Source of the DNA: Vulcanimicrobiota bacterium
GTDB taxonomy: Bacteria; Vulcanimicrobiota; Vulcanimicrobiia; Vulcanimicrobiales; Vulcanimicrobiaceae
NCBI GenBank assembly: GCA_003140855.1
Contig: PLLF01000111.1
Coordinates: 36,411 to 100,410 of the forward strand
Direction: 5' to 3'
DNA: 64,000 nucleotides
How positions within the stretch are numbered: the stretch's first letter is position 1; each line of letters starts with the position of its first letter. Position numbers and translations under genes: made by a program. The notes under the pieces are model-generated. The model made no database searches. It was given only the letters and a program-made list of their open reading frames with translations, and had not been told where the DNA came from. Shown here piece by piece: positions 53,574-62,542 of the stretch.

Positions 53574-55793
53574 GTGCCTGAATCCGTCTCATTAGAGATC
53601 GGCGGGCGCACGATGACCATCGAGACCGGCGAGCTCGCGAAGCAAGCGAACGGCTCCGCCCTGGTCCGGTATGGCGACCAAAATGTCGTGCTCTGCGCCG
53701 TCACTGCCTCCGAGAAACCTCGTGAAGGCATCGACTTCTTTCCCCTAACCTGCGACTTCGAAGAGAAGATGTATGCCGCCGGCAAAATTCCGGGCGGTTA
53801 CATTAAACGCGAAGGCCGGCCGCCCGAACACGGCGTGCTGAGTTCGCGGCAGATCGATCGGCCGATCCGGCCGCTCTTCCCCGATGGTTTCCGCAACGAC
53901 ATCCAGATCGTCGCAACCGTGCTCTCGATCGATCGCGAGCTCGACGCCGACGTCCTGGGCACGTGCGCGGCCGGAGCGGCGCTGGCGCTCTCCGATATTC
54001 CGTTCGATAAAACGGTAGCCGCGGTGCGCGTCGGACGCGACGAGAGCGGCGCATATATTTGTAATCCTACGCTGCCGCAATACCAAACCGGCGGCATGGA
54101 CATCGTGATCGCCGGCACCGCCGACGCCGTCATGATGGTCGAAGGCGGCGGGAACGAAATCAGCGAGGCCGATTTCCTGGGCGCGATCGAATTTGCGCAG
54201 GAGCAGATCAAACTGATCGTCGCCGCGATCGATCAACTGGTGAAAAAGAGCGGCAAAGCCAAGCGCGAGTTTCCGCTGCTGCGTCCCAACGCCGATCTCG
54301 AAAAATGGATGCGCAAGACGTTCAAGGAGGATGTCGCCAAGGGCATGCGCGTCGTCGAGAAGTTGAAACGCGAAGAGACGCTCGGGGATATCACCGTTGA
54401 CGAAGGTATCGCGCGCTGCAAAGAGCCGCAGATAAAAGCGCTCCTCGAAGATCCGGTGCTCGCCAAAGATTTCGGCAAAATCCTCAAGGCTATGGAAGAG
54501 GACGAGCTGCGCGTCATGGTCGTGGACGAAAAGATCCGGCCCGACGGACGCAAGCCCGATGAGATCCGCCCAATTTGGTCCAAAGTACACTACGTTCCGC
54601 GCGTGCACGGCTCGGGCGTTTTTACGCGCGGCCAAACGCAAGTCTTTACCGCAGCGACGCTGGGATCGATCGGCGATGCACAGCGGCTCGACGGCATTCT
54701 CGATCTCGGCCTGCAGAAGCGCTACATGCACTTCTACAACTTCCCGCCGTATTCGGTCGGCGAGACGCGCCCAATGCGCGGACCGGGCCGCCGCGAGATC
54801 GGCCACGGCCATCTGGCGGAACGCGCGCTCGTTCCGGTGCTGCCGCTAAAGGAAGACTTCCCCTACACGCTTCGCCTAATCAGTGAAGTGCTCGAATCGA
54901 ACGGATCCTCGTCGATGGCGTCGGTGTGCGGAAGCTCGCTTGCGCTCATGGACGCAGGCGTGCCGATTCGCGAGCATGTCGCCGGCGTTGCGATGGGCCT
55001 GATCCTCAAAGGCGGCAAGTACACGATCCTTACCGACATTCAGGGCATGGAAGACGCGCTGGGCGAGATGGACTTCAAGGTTGCGGGCACCAAAAAAGGC
55101 ATCACGGCGATCCAGATGGACATCAAAACGCAAGGCATCACCATCCAAATCATGCGCGAAGCGATGGCCCAGGCCAAGACATCGCGCCTCTTCATCATCG
55201 ACAAACTTGCCGAAACGATCGCCGAGCCGCGCGCCGAGCTTTCGAAATACGCCCCGCGCATGATCGTCGTGCAGATCAATCCTGCCAAGATCAAAGACGT
55301 CATCGGTCCCGGCGGAAAGATCATCAACAAGATCATCGAGGAAACCGGCATCGAGAAGATGGACATCGAGGACGACGGCAAGGTGTACATTACGGCGCTC
55401 GACGGCGAGTCGGCTGAAAAAGCTCGCGCGCAAGTCGAAGCCATCACCAAAGACATCGTCGTCGGCGAGACCTACATGGGCGAGGTGACGCGCATCATCA
55501 ACATCGGCGCGTTCGTCAAGATCCTGCCCGGCAAAGAAGGCTTGGTGCACATCAGCCAACTCGCGCCGACGCGCGTCGAGAGGGTCGAAGACGTCGTCAA
55601 AGTCGGCGACGAGATCATGGTCAAAGTCATGGAAGTAGACGGCCAAGGCCGCCTCAATCTCTCACGCAAAGCCGTGCTGACCGGCGCGACGGGTAACGGT
55701 TCGTTCGAAGCCGAGCCCGCGCGCAGCGGTGAAGGCGGTTTCGGCGGGGGCGGCGCGGGACGCCGTCCGCGAAGGCCGCGCCGCAGGGAGTAA
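53574..55793 (+). CDS. pnp: Polyribonucleotide nucleotidyltransferase (PNPase)
   Basis: 739 aa with two RNase PH domains, KH (IKDVIGPGGKIINKI) and S1 (GEVTRIINIGAFVKI) domains, and a basic Gly/Arg tail. GTG start after AAGGAAG. Confidence 0.95.
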   Translation: MPESVSLEIGGRTMTIETGELAKQANGSALVRYGDQNVVLCAVTASEKPREGIDFFPLTCDFEEKMYAAGKIPGGYIKREGRPPEHGVLSSRQIDRPIRPLFPDGFRNDIQIVATVLSIDRELDADVLGTCAAGAALALSDIPFDKTVAAVRVGRDESGAYICNPTLPQYQTGGMDIVIAGTADAVMMVEGGGNEISEADFLGAIEFAQEQIKLIVAAIDQLVKKSGKAKREFPLLRPNADLEKWMRKTFKEDVAKGMRVVEKLKREETLGDITVDEGIARCKEPQIKALLEDPVLAKDFGKILKAMEEDELRVMVVDEKIRPDGRKPDEIRPIWSKVHYVPRVHGSGVFTRGQTQVFTAATLGSIGDAQRLDGILDLGLQKRYMHFYNFPPYSVGETRPMRGPGRREIGHGHLAERALVPVLPLKEDFPYTLRLISEVLESNGSSSMASVCGSSLALMDAGVPIREHVAGVAMGLILKGGKYTILTDIQGMEDALGEMDFKVAGTKKGITAIQMDIKTQGITIQIMREAMAQAKTSRLFIIDKLAETIAEPRAELSKYAPRMIVVQINPAKIKDVIGPGGKIINKIIEETGIEKMDIEDDGKVYITALDGESAEKARAQVEAITKDIVVGETYMGEVTRIINIGAFVKILPGKEGLVHISQLAPTRVERVEDVVKVGDEIMVKVMEVDGQGRLNLSRKAVLTGATGNGSFEAEPARSGEGGFGGGGAGRRPRRPRRRE

Positions 55794-55797
55794 CAAC

Positions 55798-55821
55798 AAG
55801 GGCCCGCAAGTGCGGGCCCTT
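55798..55821 (+). terminator. Stem-loop downstream of pnp (candidate intrinsic terminator)
   Basis: AAGGGCCCGC-AAGT-GCGGGCCCTT, a perfect 10-bp stem with a 4-nt loop, starts 5 nt after the pnp stop. The trailing sequence CACTTCTAT is only weakly T-rich. Confidence 0.5.
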
Positions 55822-55842
55822 CACTTCTATAAAGGAAGCATC

Positions 55843-56322
55843 ATGACGATCCGCTCTCCGCTTCTCCCGCTGATACTTGCCGTGCTCGCCGGATTCGGCG
55901 GCGGCATCTTTTCGCAGCAATTCGTGCGTCCCGCGCAAGCCGCCGGTCCGGCGGTGATCACGGCAACCGACATTCGTTTGGTCGACGCGCACGGGAAGCT
56001 GCTGGCCGAGCTCGCGCCGGTGAAATACCCGCACCAGGCAGCCGTTCCGATGCTGACGATCTTCGGCGCCAATCATTTTCAAACGACGCTCGGAGTGAGT
56101 GGTTTGTATTTCGGTCGCGGTTATGGCGATGAAGATCTGGGCGTCGGCTACGCCTATGGAGCATCGCATAAGCTCGGTGCCGCGATTTTCTTCTGGTACA
56201 AGAAAAAGGGCCGCATGGGCATGGAGCTCGACGCCGACAAAGCCGGCGCGCCGTCGGCATGGATGTACGACGCGAGCGGCACCACGATCTGGGCAGCTCC
56301 GACACCGACGCCGACCCCTTGA
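55843..56322 (+). CDS. Hypothetical membrane-anchored/secreted protein
   Basis: ATG at 55843 after AAAGGAAG. N-terminal hydrophobic helix and a C-terminal TPTPTP tail. No family recognised. The track ORF from 55729 overlaps the pnp tail and is trimmed. Confidence 0.45.
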   Translation: MTIRSPLLPLILAVLAGFGGGIFSQQFVRPAQAAGPAVITATDIRLVDAHGKLLAELAPVKYPHQAAVPMLTIFGANHFQTTLGVSGLYFGRGYGDEDLGVGYAYGASHKLGAAIFFWYKKKGRMGMELDADKAGAPSAWMYDASGTTIWAAPTPTPTP

Positions 56323-57155
56323 AAGAAGCAGTCCTCGTTACCGGTGCGTCGACCGGAATCGGGTATGCCACCAGCGTGCTGCTTGCGCGCGAAGGCTTTA
56401 CGATATTCGCGGGGGTGCGCAACGCAAGCGATTCCGAGCGCCTCTCGGCAATCGCGGGCATTGCGCCGCTGCAGCTCGACGTCACCGACGCCGAACAAAT
56501 ACGCGACGCGGCGCACATCGTTCACGAAAATGGCTCGATCTTGCGCGCCGTGGTCAACAACGCAGGCATCGTTGTGCCGGGGCCGCTGGAGCTCTTGCCC
56601 ATCGACGAGCTGCGCCGTCAATTCGAGGTCAACTTTTTCGGAGCGTTAGCCGTGACCCAAGCATTTCTCCCGATGCTGCGCGCCTCCAAAGGACGAATCA
56701 TTTTCATGAGCTCGGTTTCGGGACAGATTGCATCCGCGTTCGTGGGAGCATACAGTTCCTCCAAGTTCGCGCTGGAGGCGGCAAGCGACGCGCTGCGCAT
56801 GGAACTGCGCGGCTCGGGCGTCGGCGTATCGGTCGTGCAGCCGGGTAACGTCAACACGCCGATCTGGCGGAAAGGCCGCGGCGGCAAAGATTCGCTGCTG
56901 GCACGCGCTCCGGAAGCGGCGCGCGACTATTATGCCAAACAGCTCAACGCGCTGGTAGGCGTGAGCGAACACCAGGAACGCACGGGAATCGATCCGGATC
57001 TCGTGGCGCGCGCCGTACTGCACGCGATCACGTCCAAGAAACCTCGCGCGCGTTACGCGGTCGGATCGCCAGCCGGTTGGATGCGCCGCACGTTCACTTC
57101 GCTTCCCGAGCACCTGCGCGATCGCATCATCATGCGCCGTATGGGATTCGAATAG
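56319..57155 (+). CDS. Short-chain dehydrogenase/reductase
   Basis: The TTG at 56319 overlaps the preceding stop (TTGA). VLVTGASTGIGYA, NNAGI and YSSSKFALEA (YxxxK) motifs. Confidence 0.8.
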   Translation: MKEAVLVTGASTGIGYATSVLLAREGFTIFAGVRNASDSERLSAIAGIAPLQLDVTDAEQIRDAAHIVHENGSILRAVVNNAGIVVPGPLELLPIDELRRQFEVNFFGALAVTQAFLPMLRASKGRIIFMSSVSGQIASAFVGAYSSSKFALEAASDALRMELRGSGVGVSVVQPGNVNTPIWRKGRGGKDSLLARAPEAARDYYAKQLNALVGVSEHQERTGIDPDLVARAVLHAITSKKPRARYAVGSPAGWMRRTFTSLPEHLRDRIIMRRMGFE

Positions 57156-58637
57156 ATGCCGTTCGATTCGCTGCGCGATTTCGTCGAAGCTCTGGATCGC
57201 GCTGGACAGCTGCACCGCATCGAAAGCGCGGTCGATCCCAAACTTGAGATCAGCGAGATCACCAACCGCGTCGTCAAACGCGGCGGCCCCGCGTTGCTTT
57301 TTACAAACGTGCGCACCTCGCAGTATCCTGTGTTGACCAATCAATTTGGAACGCGCCGGCGCATGGCCATGGCGTTGGGCGTCGACACGCTCGACGAAGC
57401 CGGCGATCGCATTCGCAAACTGCTCGATCTCTCGCTGCCCGAATCGGCGATGGAAAAGATCGGCAAACTGCTTGCGCTCGCGCCGCTGGCCGCGGCATTG
57501 CCGAAAACCGTTTCGTCGGGAACCTGCCAAGATGTGGTGATGGACAAACCCGACCTCACGCAGATGCCGGTCTTGACGACGTGGCCGATGGACGCAGGGC
57601 CGTTCATTACGCTGCCGCTCGTTGTAACCAAAGATCCGAAGAGCGGACGGTTCAACGTCGGAATGTATCGCATGCAAGTATACGGCGCAAACGAGAGCGC
57701 GATGCACTGGCAGCGGCACAAACAGGGCAAGGCGCACGCGCAGGCATGGGGGGATCGCATTCCGGTTGCGGTGGCGATCGGATCCGACCCGGTGTTGACG
57801 TATGCGGCAACCGCGCCGCTTCCGCCGGTCGTGGACGAATATCTCTTCGCGGGTTTGCTCCGCGGGAAACCTGTTAGACTCGTTGCCTGCAAAACCGTCG
57901 ATCTCAAGGTACCCGCCGACGCCGAGTTCGTGCTGGAAGGTTACGTCGATAACACCGACGTGCGCACCGAAGGGCCGTTCGGCGATCACACCGGCGTCTA
58001 CAGCCTGGCGGACAAGTATCCGACTTTTCACGTGCAGTGCATGACGCACCGGCGAAACCCAATCTATCCGGCCACCGTCGTGGGCAAGCCGCCGATGGAA
58101 GACGCATGGCTGGGCAAAGCTACCGAGAGAATTTTTCTGCCGCTGCTGCAAATGGTCGTGCCGGAAATCGTCGACATGAACTTGCCGGTTGAGGGCGGCT
58201 TTCAGAACTTGGCGATCGTGTCGATCCGCAAAGCGTATCCCGGGCAAGGCAAGAAAGTGATGAACGCGCTGTGGGGCTTAGGACACATGATGATGCTGAC
58301 GCGCGTCTTGATCGTCGTGGACGAAGACGTCGACGTGCAAGATCCGCGCACGGTGGCATGGTTCGTGCTGAACAACTTGGACGCCGCGCACGACGTCGTG
58401 ATGATGCCGGGGCCGGTCGACGATCTGGATCACGGTTCGTACACGCCGGCGCTCGGCGTGAAGATCGGCGTCGATGCAACGCGCAAGACGGCGGCCGAAG
58501 GATATACGCGGGAATGGCCACCCGACATGATCATGGACGACGCGACGCGCGAGCTTGTCGAGGGACGCTGGAAAGAATATGGCCTGGATAGAATCGAGAG
58601 CGCGCTGCAAGCCGACGACTGGTCGGGCCAGCGATAG
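57156..58637 (+). CDS. UbiD-family (prFMN-dependent) decarboxylase, quinone biosynthesis type
   Basis: 493 aa: N-terminal LRDFVEALDRAGQLHRI, with GPFGDHTGVYS and similar motifs. It starts 1 nt after the SDR stop. Confidence 0.9.
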   Translation: MPFDSLRDFVEALDRAGQLHRIESAVDPKLEISEITNRVVKRGGPALLFTNVRTSQYPVLTNQFGTRRRMAMALGVDTLDEAGDRIRKLLDLSLPESAMEKIGKLLALAPLAAALPKTVSSGTCQDVVMDKPDLTQMPVLTTWPMDAGPFITLPLVVTKDPKSGRFNVGMYRMQVYGANESAMHWQRHKQGKAHAQAWGDRIPVAVAIGSDPVLTYAATAPLPPVVDEYLFAGLLRGKPVRLVACKTVDLKVPADAEFVLEGYVDNTDVRTEGPFGDHTGVYSLADKYPTFHVQCMTHRRNPIYPATVVGKPPMEDAWLGKATERIFLPLLQMVVPEIVDMNLPVEGGFQNLAIVSIRKAYPGQGKKVMNALWGLGHMMMLTRVLIVVDEDVDVQDPRTVAWFVLNNLDAAHDVVMMPGPVDDLDHGSYTPALGVKIGVDATRKTAAEGYTREWPPDMIMDDATRELVEGRWKEYGLDRIESALQADDWSGQR

Positions 58638-58681
58638 GCACTTTCTTCAAAGAGATCCGCGTCGAGCATACGCTCTTCGCT

Positions 58682-59485
58682 TTGCCTTTCGCGTATACGG
58701 GCGCGATTTTTGCAGCGCACGGAATTCCGAGCGCGCACGCGCTGCTCTGGATCACCGTTGCGGTTCTCGGAGCGCGGACTGCGGCCATGGCGGCCAACCG
58801 CTATTTGGATCGCGAGATCGACGTGCGCAATCCGCGCACCGCGGGACGCGCCGTCGCCGGCGGCAAGCTCGATCCGTCCGTTATGCTGTGGGCCGCGGCG
58901 GCAGGGCTCGTGCTGCTGGCGATCGCCGCGTGGCAGCTCAACCCGTTGTGCGTGAAGCTGCTGCCGGTTGCGGCGGTCGGCGCGCTGCTCTACCCGCTGT
59001 GCAAGCGCTTCACGTGGACGACGCATTTTTTTCTGGGCGCAGTCGACGCGCTCGCTCCGCTCGGCGCGTTTATCGCAATCCGCGGCGGCGTAGATCTTGC
59101 CGCAATCGTGCTTTTCCTAGCGGTAACCGTGTGGGTCGCGGGCTTCGACATCATCTACGCATTGATGGATTTCACGATCGATCGCGCGCAAGGGATACGC
59201 TCGCTCCCGGCGCAGTTCGGCGAGCGCAACGCGCGCAATCTTGCCATAGCGCTGCATGCGTCGATGGCCGTACTGCTCGTGGCGGCCGGGCTTCTCGAGC
59301 ATGCCGGACGGCTCTATGCGCTCGGAATCCTGGCAGCGGGTGCGCTGCTGTTCTTTGAAAATCGCAAGCTCACAAAGACCAAGAATATCTTCGCTCTGAA
59401 CGATCGGATCTTTACGGCAAACATGGCTTTCTCGGTGATCTTTCTGGCGACGACCGCGGCCGCGTTTACGTTGGGATACCGATGA
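58682..59485 (+). CDS. UbiA-family aromatic prenyltransferase (start codon unresolved)
   Basis: NRYLDREIDVRNPRTAGR (first Asp-rich motif) and a second motif DIIYALMDFTIDR. Family-typical N-terminal residues (FKEIRVEHTLFALPFAY) lie upstream of the first canonical start (TTG 58682), in the same open frame. Confidence 0.85.
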   Translation: MPFAYTGAIFAAHGIPSAHALLWITVAVLGARTAAMAANRYLDREIDVRNPRTAGRAVAGGKLDPSVMLWAAAAGLVLLAIAAWQLNPLCVKLLPVAAVGALLYPLCKRFTWTTHFFLGAVDALAPLGAFIAIRGGVDLAAIVLFLAVTVWVAGFDIIYALMDFTIDRAQGIRSLPAQFGERNARNLAIALHASMAVLLVAAGLLEHAGRLYALGILAAGALLFFENRKLTKTKNIFALNDRIFTANMAFSVIFLATTAAAFTLGYR

Positions 59486-60627
59486 GGCGGAAGCATTTCT
59501 TAGGAGCTGCTGCGGGCGCCTGGCTGATACCGGGTGCGCGCGCACTGGCGCAAAACTTTCAGCAACAGGTTACGATCGGCATCACCGCGCCGCTAACCGG
59601 TCCCGCCGGCGATGCCGGCCGGCAAATCGTCGACGGCGTGCGCGCCGCGGTCAATGAAACAAACGTCACGATCGGCTCGTTCGGAACGGCGTTTGCTTAC
59701 CGGACCTTCGACGATCAGGATGCACTGGCGTCGATGATTCAGAACGCGCAATTTGCGGCAGCGGATCCGTCGATCGTCGCGATGGTCGGCGGATTGGACG
59801 GCAAACTGACGGCTGCGGCTCTGCCGACGTTTGCGAACGCCGGACTGCCGCTGCTCGTTTCGGCTTCTACTGCAAACGCGGTGACCGACCGGGGATATCG
59901 CAGCGTTTGGCGGCTGCCCACCAAAGACGATACCGAGGGGCAGCTCTTCGCGCGGTATCTCGCAAAGCACGGCAAACCGAAACATGCGATCGCTCTCACC
60001 CAGGACGGCGACTACGGAGCCGACGTCGCAAGCGGCTTCGCCGATCAAGCCGGCGCGCTGGGAATCAAAGCCGAGACCTTCATCTTCTCTTGGAGCAATC
60101 CCGATTACGGCGCAGCTGCGAAGAGCATCCTCGCAAGAAAACCGGATTATCTCTACCTTTGCGGTTCGACCAAGAGTATGGGGCCGCTGGTTGCGGGGTT
60201 AAAAACTGCCGGATACTCGGGAGCTTTCGGCGCATCGGAAGGTTTCTTCAATCAAGCGACGCTCGACAAGTACGGCGATGCGCTCGGCGGCGCGCTGATC
60301 TCCACATCGTTTCCGCCTTTGGAACGCGCGCCCGACGTCGCCAACGTCTTGACCGACTTCCGCTCGCGCGCGACGGTGACCGCGCTCTCGGCGTTTTCTT
60401 ATGCCGCCGCGCAGATTCTCATCTCCGCTTCGCAGCGCAATGGCGCCACGAACCGGCTGGCGATGCTCTCGGCGCTGCAAACGCCTATTTCGTACGACAC
60501 GATCGTCGGCTCGTTTCAATTCGGGTTCAGCGGTGACCCGATCGATCCGAACCTGTACTTTTACACGGTGACGGAAGGTGCGCTGAAGTACACCGCTGCT
60601 TCACACCCGAGCGCGTTCATACTTTAG
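59482..60627 (+). CDS. ABC substrate-binding protein, LivJ/branched-chain amino acid type (Peripla_BP_6-like)
   Basis: Twin-arginine-like signal MRRKHFLGAAAGAWLIPGARALA. 381 aa with a type I periplasmic binding fold pattern. No cognate permease genes nearby. Confidence 0.7.
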   Translation: MRRKHFLGAAAGAWLIPGARALAQNFQQQVTIGITAPLTGPAGDAGRQIVDGVRAAVNETNVTIGSFGTAFAYRTFDDQDALASMIQNAQFAAADPSIVAMVGGLDGKLTAAALPTFANAGLPLLVSASTANAVTDRGYRSVWRLPTKDDTEGQLFARYLAKHGKPKHAIALTQDGDYGADVASGFADQAGALGIKAETFIFSWSNPDYGAAAKSILARKPDYLYLCGSTKSMGPLVAGLKTAGYSGAFGASEGFFNQATLDKYGDALGGALISTSFPPLERAPDVANVLTDFRSRATVTALSAFSYAAAQILISASQRNGATNRLAMLSALQTPISYDTIVGSFQFGFSGDPIDPNLYFYTVTEGALKYTAASHPSAFIL

Positions 60628-61335
60628 CGCCTGCTCCCTCCATCGTTGATCGTTCACGCCCATCACGAGGAGCCATACCATCAGCGGTAGTTCCCCGATC
60701 GCAGAAGCCGCATTGATGAAGTTGAACAGATAGTGTGCGAGCGGCGGTGACAGGTAGGTGGCCCAACCCAAGCCACTGATCGCAAACAACACTCCCAGAA
60801 CTCGCGGCATGAAGGTCGACCTAAAAATGAGGTAGCCGATCAGGACGCACCAGAATCCGAAGAACACCAGATAGATATCGAAAGCGTAAGTATTCAATTT
60901 GACAAACACGAACGCCAGCGAATGCAACTGTTCCGGCGAAAATGCGCTCAAGGCACTCCCGCCCTTTAAGACGAGCAAGGGCGCAGCGTAAAAGAGACTC
61001 GTAACAGCCTGAATAGCGCATCCCACAAGCATGATGAACGCCGCGAATAAAGAGAGGCTCCGGTTCACGGGCTTAAATAAATCATACAACAGAAGCGTCC
61101 ACGCGAGATGGAACGGAACCGCGATGAGCGAGAGTGCGAACCCTAACCAAAACAATCGCTCGTGCCCCAAGATATTGCCCGCCGTAGCCGCGGCATTCCC
61201 AGTGACAACCAGACTGCCGAGAATGAACACCTCACCGCCGGCTGCCGTCACCGCTTCGAGCACTTGAAAGACGCCGGCCATCCTGGCCTTGAAACGCGGC
61301 GACGCTACTGCGTTCCCGGCCGTCATTTCAGTCAT
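60601..61335 (-). CDS. DUF4386-like integral membrane protein
   Basis: 244 aa with six hydrophobic helices. The N-terminal RFKARMAGVFQVLEAV pattern resembles DUF4386, from memory. AT-richer segment (about 45% GC). Confidence 0.5.
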   Translation of the reverse strand: MTEMTAGNAVASPRFKARMAGVFQVLEAVTAAGGEVFILGSLVVTGNAAATAGNILGHERLFWLGFALSLIAVPFHLAWTLLLYDLFKPVNRSLSLFAAFIMLVGCAIQAVTSLFYAAPLLVLKGGSALSAFSPEQLHSLAFVFVKLNTYAFDIYLVFFGFWCVLIGYLIFRSTFMPRVLGVLFAISGLGWATYLSPPLAHYLFNFINAASAIGELPLMVWLLVMGVNDQRWREQALKYERARV

Positions 61336-61494
61336 GCGCAGCTAATTCATCAGGCTTTGCATCGTAGCCATGCGCGGTGAAGGCGCTGCCTGCGGCTGTT
61401 TTTGGACAGCTTCGGCATCTTCGAGCATCAGCACAAAGCGTAGGCGCCATGCGCCGAGCGCGATGGAAAACTTCATTCCGAATAGATCCACGAT

Positions 61495-62538
61495 TTAAGC
61501 CTCCACCCGGCGCCATTGCAGCACCGCGAGCACAACATAGACGATGGTCAACACCAGTAACAACAGTGCGGACGTGCCGATAGCACCGATGGCCGTTTGA
61601 AACTGCATACCGTTGCTTCCGAGCGATCCGTGAAAAGAGACGTACGAAATTGGATCGATGTAGGACAGCGTTTGAAAGATAACATGAATGGTGCGCCCGA
61701 TGTCGCTGCCGGTAAACGCCGTGCCTTCCGCGATGCCCGGAATGAAGAGCGCCGCCAGCCACCCCAACCCTACGACCATTCCAAGACCGCGTTTCAGCGA
61801 AGCGCTAAACGCCGTCAAACATGCGTACCAGGCGATCGGGCCGAGCAAGGCCAGGGCGACGACCGACGGCGTCATCGCGTTGGCGTAGAACGTCGGCAAT
61901 GGCCATATGAACATGGCGCAAACGATTGCCGTCAGTATGACCATTGCGAACTGCGAGCTGACAATTGTCACGATGTCGACTGCGATTGAAGCCAGCGCCA
62001 ACCGCTCGCGCGAAACGGGCTTGGTCCACGCCAGTTCCAAGTGGCCGTCGTTTTCCTTGGCGAGGACGCCGCCCAGCATCGTCGCGGTAATCAAGCCGAT
62101 AACGCACGAGATCGCGAACAGTATTCCTATGCCGATGTTGTTCGCAGCCCCCTCACGCGTTATGACGACGTGCGACATGCCGCCCCGGTGAGTTCTGTCT
62201 ACGCTGGAATTGCCAATCGAGAAAAAACGTTCCTGACTCATCGAATTGGTTGTCGGCAGAGTCACGTCCATGTGAAAGAGCTGGCCGCGCCGGTCGATAA
62301 CCGCATGGATGTGCTTGAAGGGATCGTTCACAGTCGTTTCGATCGTGCCGCCGGCAAGCGTCTTGGTCGTTACGTGAGCGGTCGGTGAAGCTTGCAGCGC
62401 GGATGCCAAGCCTTCCGGATTGTGTTCGCTGAACGCCCACAACCGGAACACGATTGCGATCGCCAAAAAGATAGCCAAGATGATGGCGACCACGCGCAGC
62501 GCGCGCATGCCGCGCAAAACTTCGGCGTAGTAATACAT
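61495..62538 (-). CDS. ABC-2-type permease-like membrane protein, tandem paralog 2
   Basis: 347 aa: one TM, then an approximately 110-aa extracytoplasmic domain, then 5 TM helices. Long identical blocks shared with the upstream paralog (MYYYAEVLRGMRALRV, LGGVLAKENDGHLELAWTKPVSR, AWYACLTAFSASLKRGLGMV, LQWRRVEA). Confidence 0.6.
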   Translation of the reverse strand: MYYYAEVLRGMRALRVVAIILAIFLAIAIVFRLWAFSEHNPEGLASALQASPTAHVTTKTLAGGTIETTVNDPFKHIHAVIDRRGQLFHMDVTLPTTNSMSQERFFSIGNSSVDRTHRGGMSHVVITREGAANNIGIGILFAISCVIGLITATMLGGVLAKENDGHLELAWTKPVSRERLALASIAVDIVTIVSSQFAMVILTAIVCAMFIWPLPTFYANAMTPSVVALALLGPIAWYACLTAFSASLKRGLGMVVGLGWLAALFIPGIAEGTAFTGSDIGRTIHVIFQTLSYIDPISYVSFHGSLGSNGMQFQTAIGAIGTSALLLLVLTIVYVVLAVLQWRRVEA

Positions 62539-62542
62539 TGAC

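Noticed and set aside
56646-58247. 533-aa minus-strand ORF, together with similar long antisense ORFs (for example 461-997, 8650-9729, 9558-10763, 13028-13888, 20521-21597, 28504-29331, 53745-54812, 54876-55646)
   Set aside because: Each lies antisense to a gene with unmistakable family motifs (UbiD, TatC, HemC, HemB, HemA, BMP protein, phosphoesterase, PNPase). Each has an Arg/Ala/Gly/His-rich low-complexity composition typical of shadow ORFs in GC-rich DNA.
58555-59358. 267-aa plus-strand ORF overlapping the UbiA gene in a different frame
   Set aside because: It has Arg-rich composition and no motifs. The alternative frame (58682-59485) carries both Asp-rich prenyltransferase motifs and nine hydrophobic helices.
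61342-61476. 44-codon minus-strand ORF in the gap between the permease pair and the DUF4386-like gene
   Set aside because: It has no recognisable ribosome-binding site, signal or motif, and its length is within chance expectation. It is mentioned in a finding but not called as a feature.
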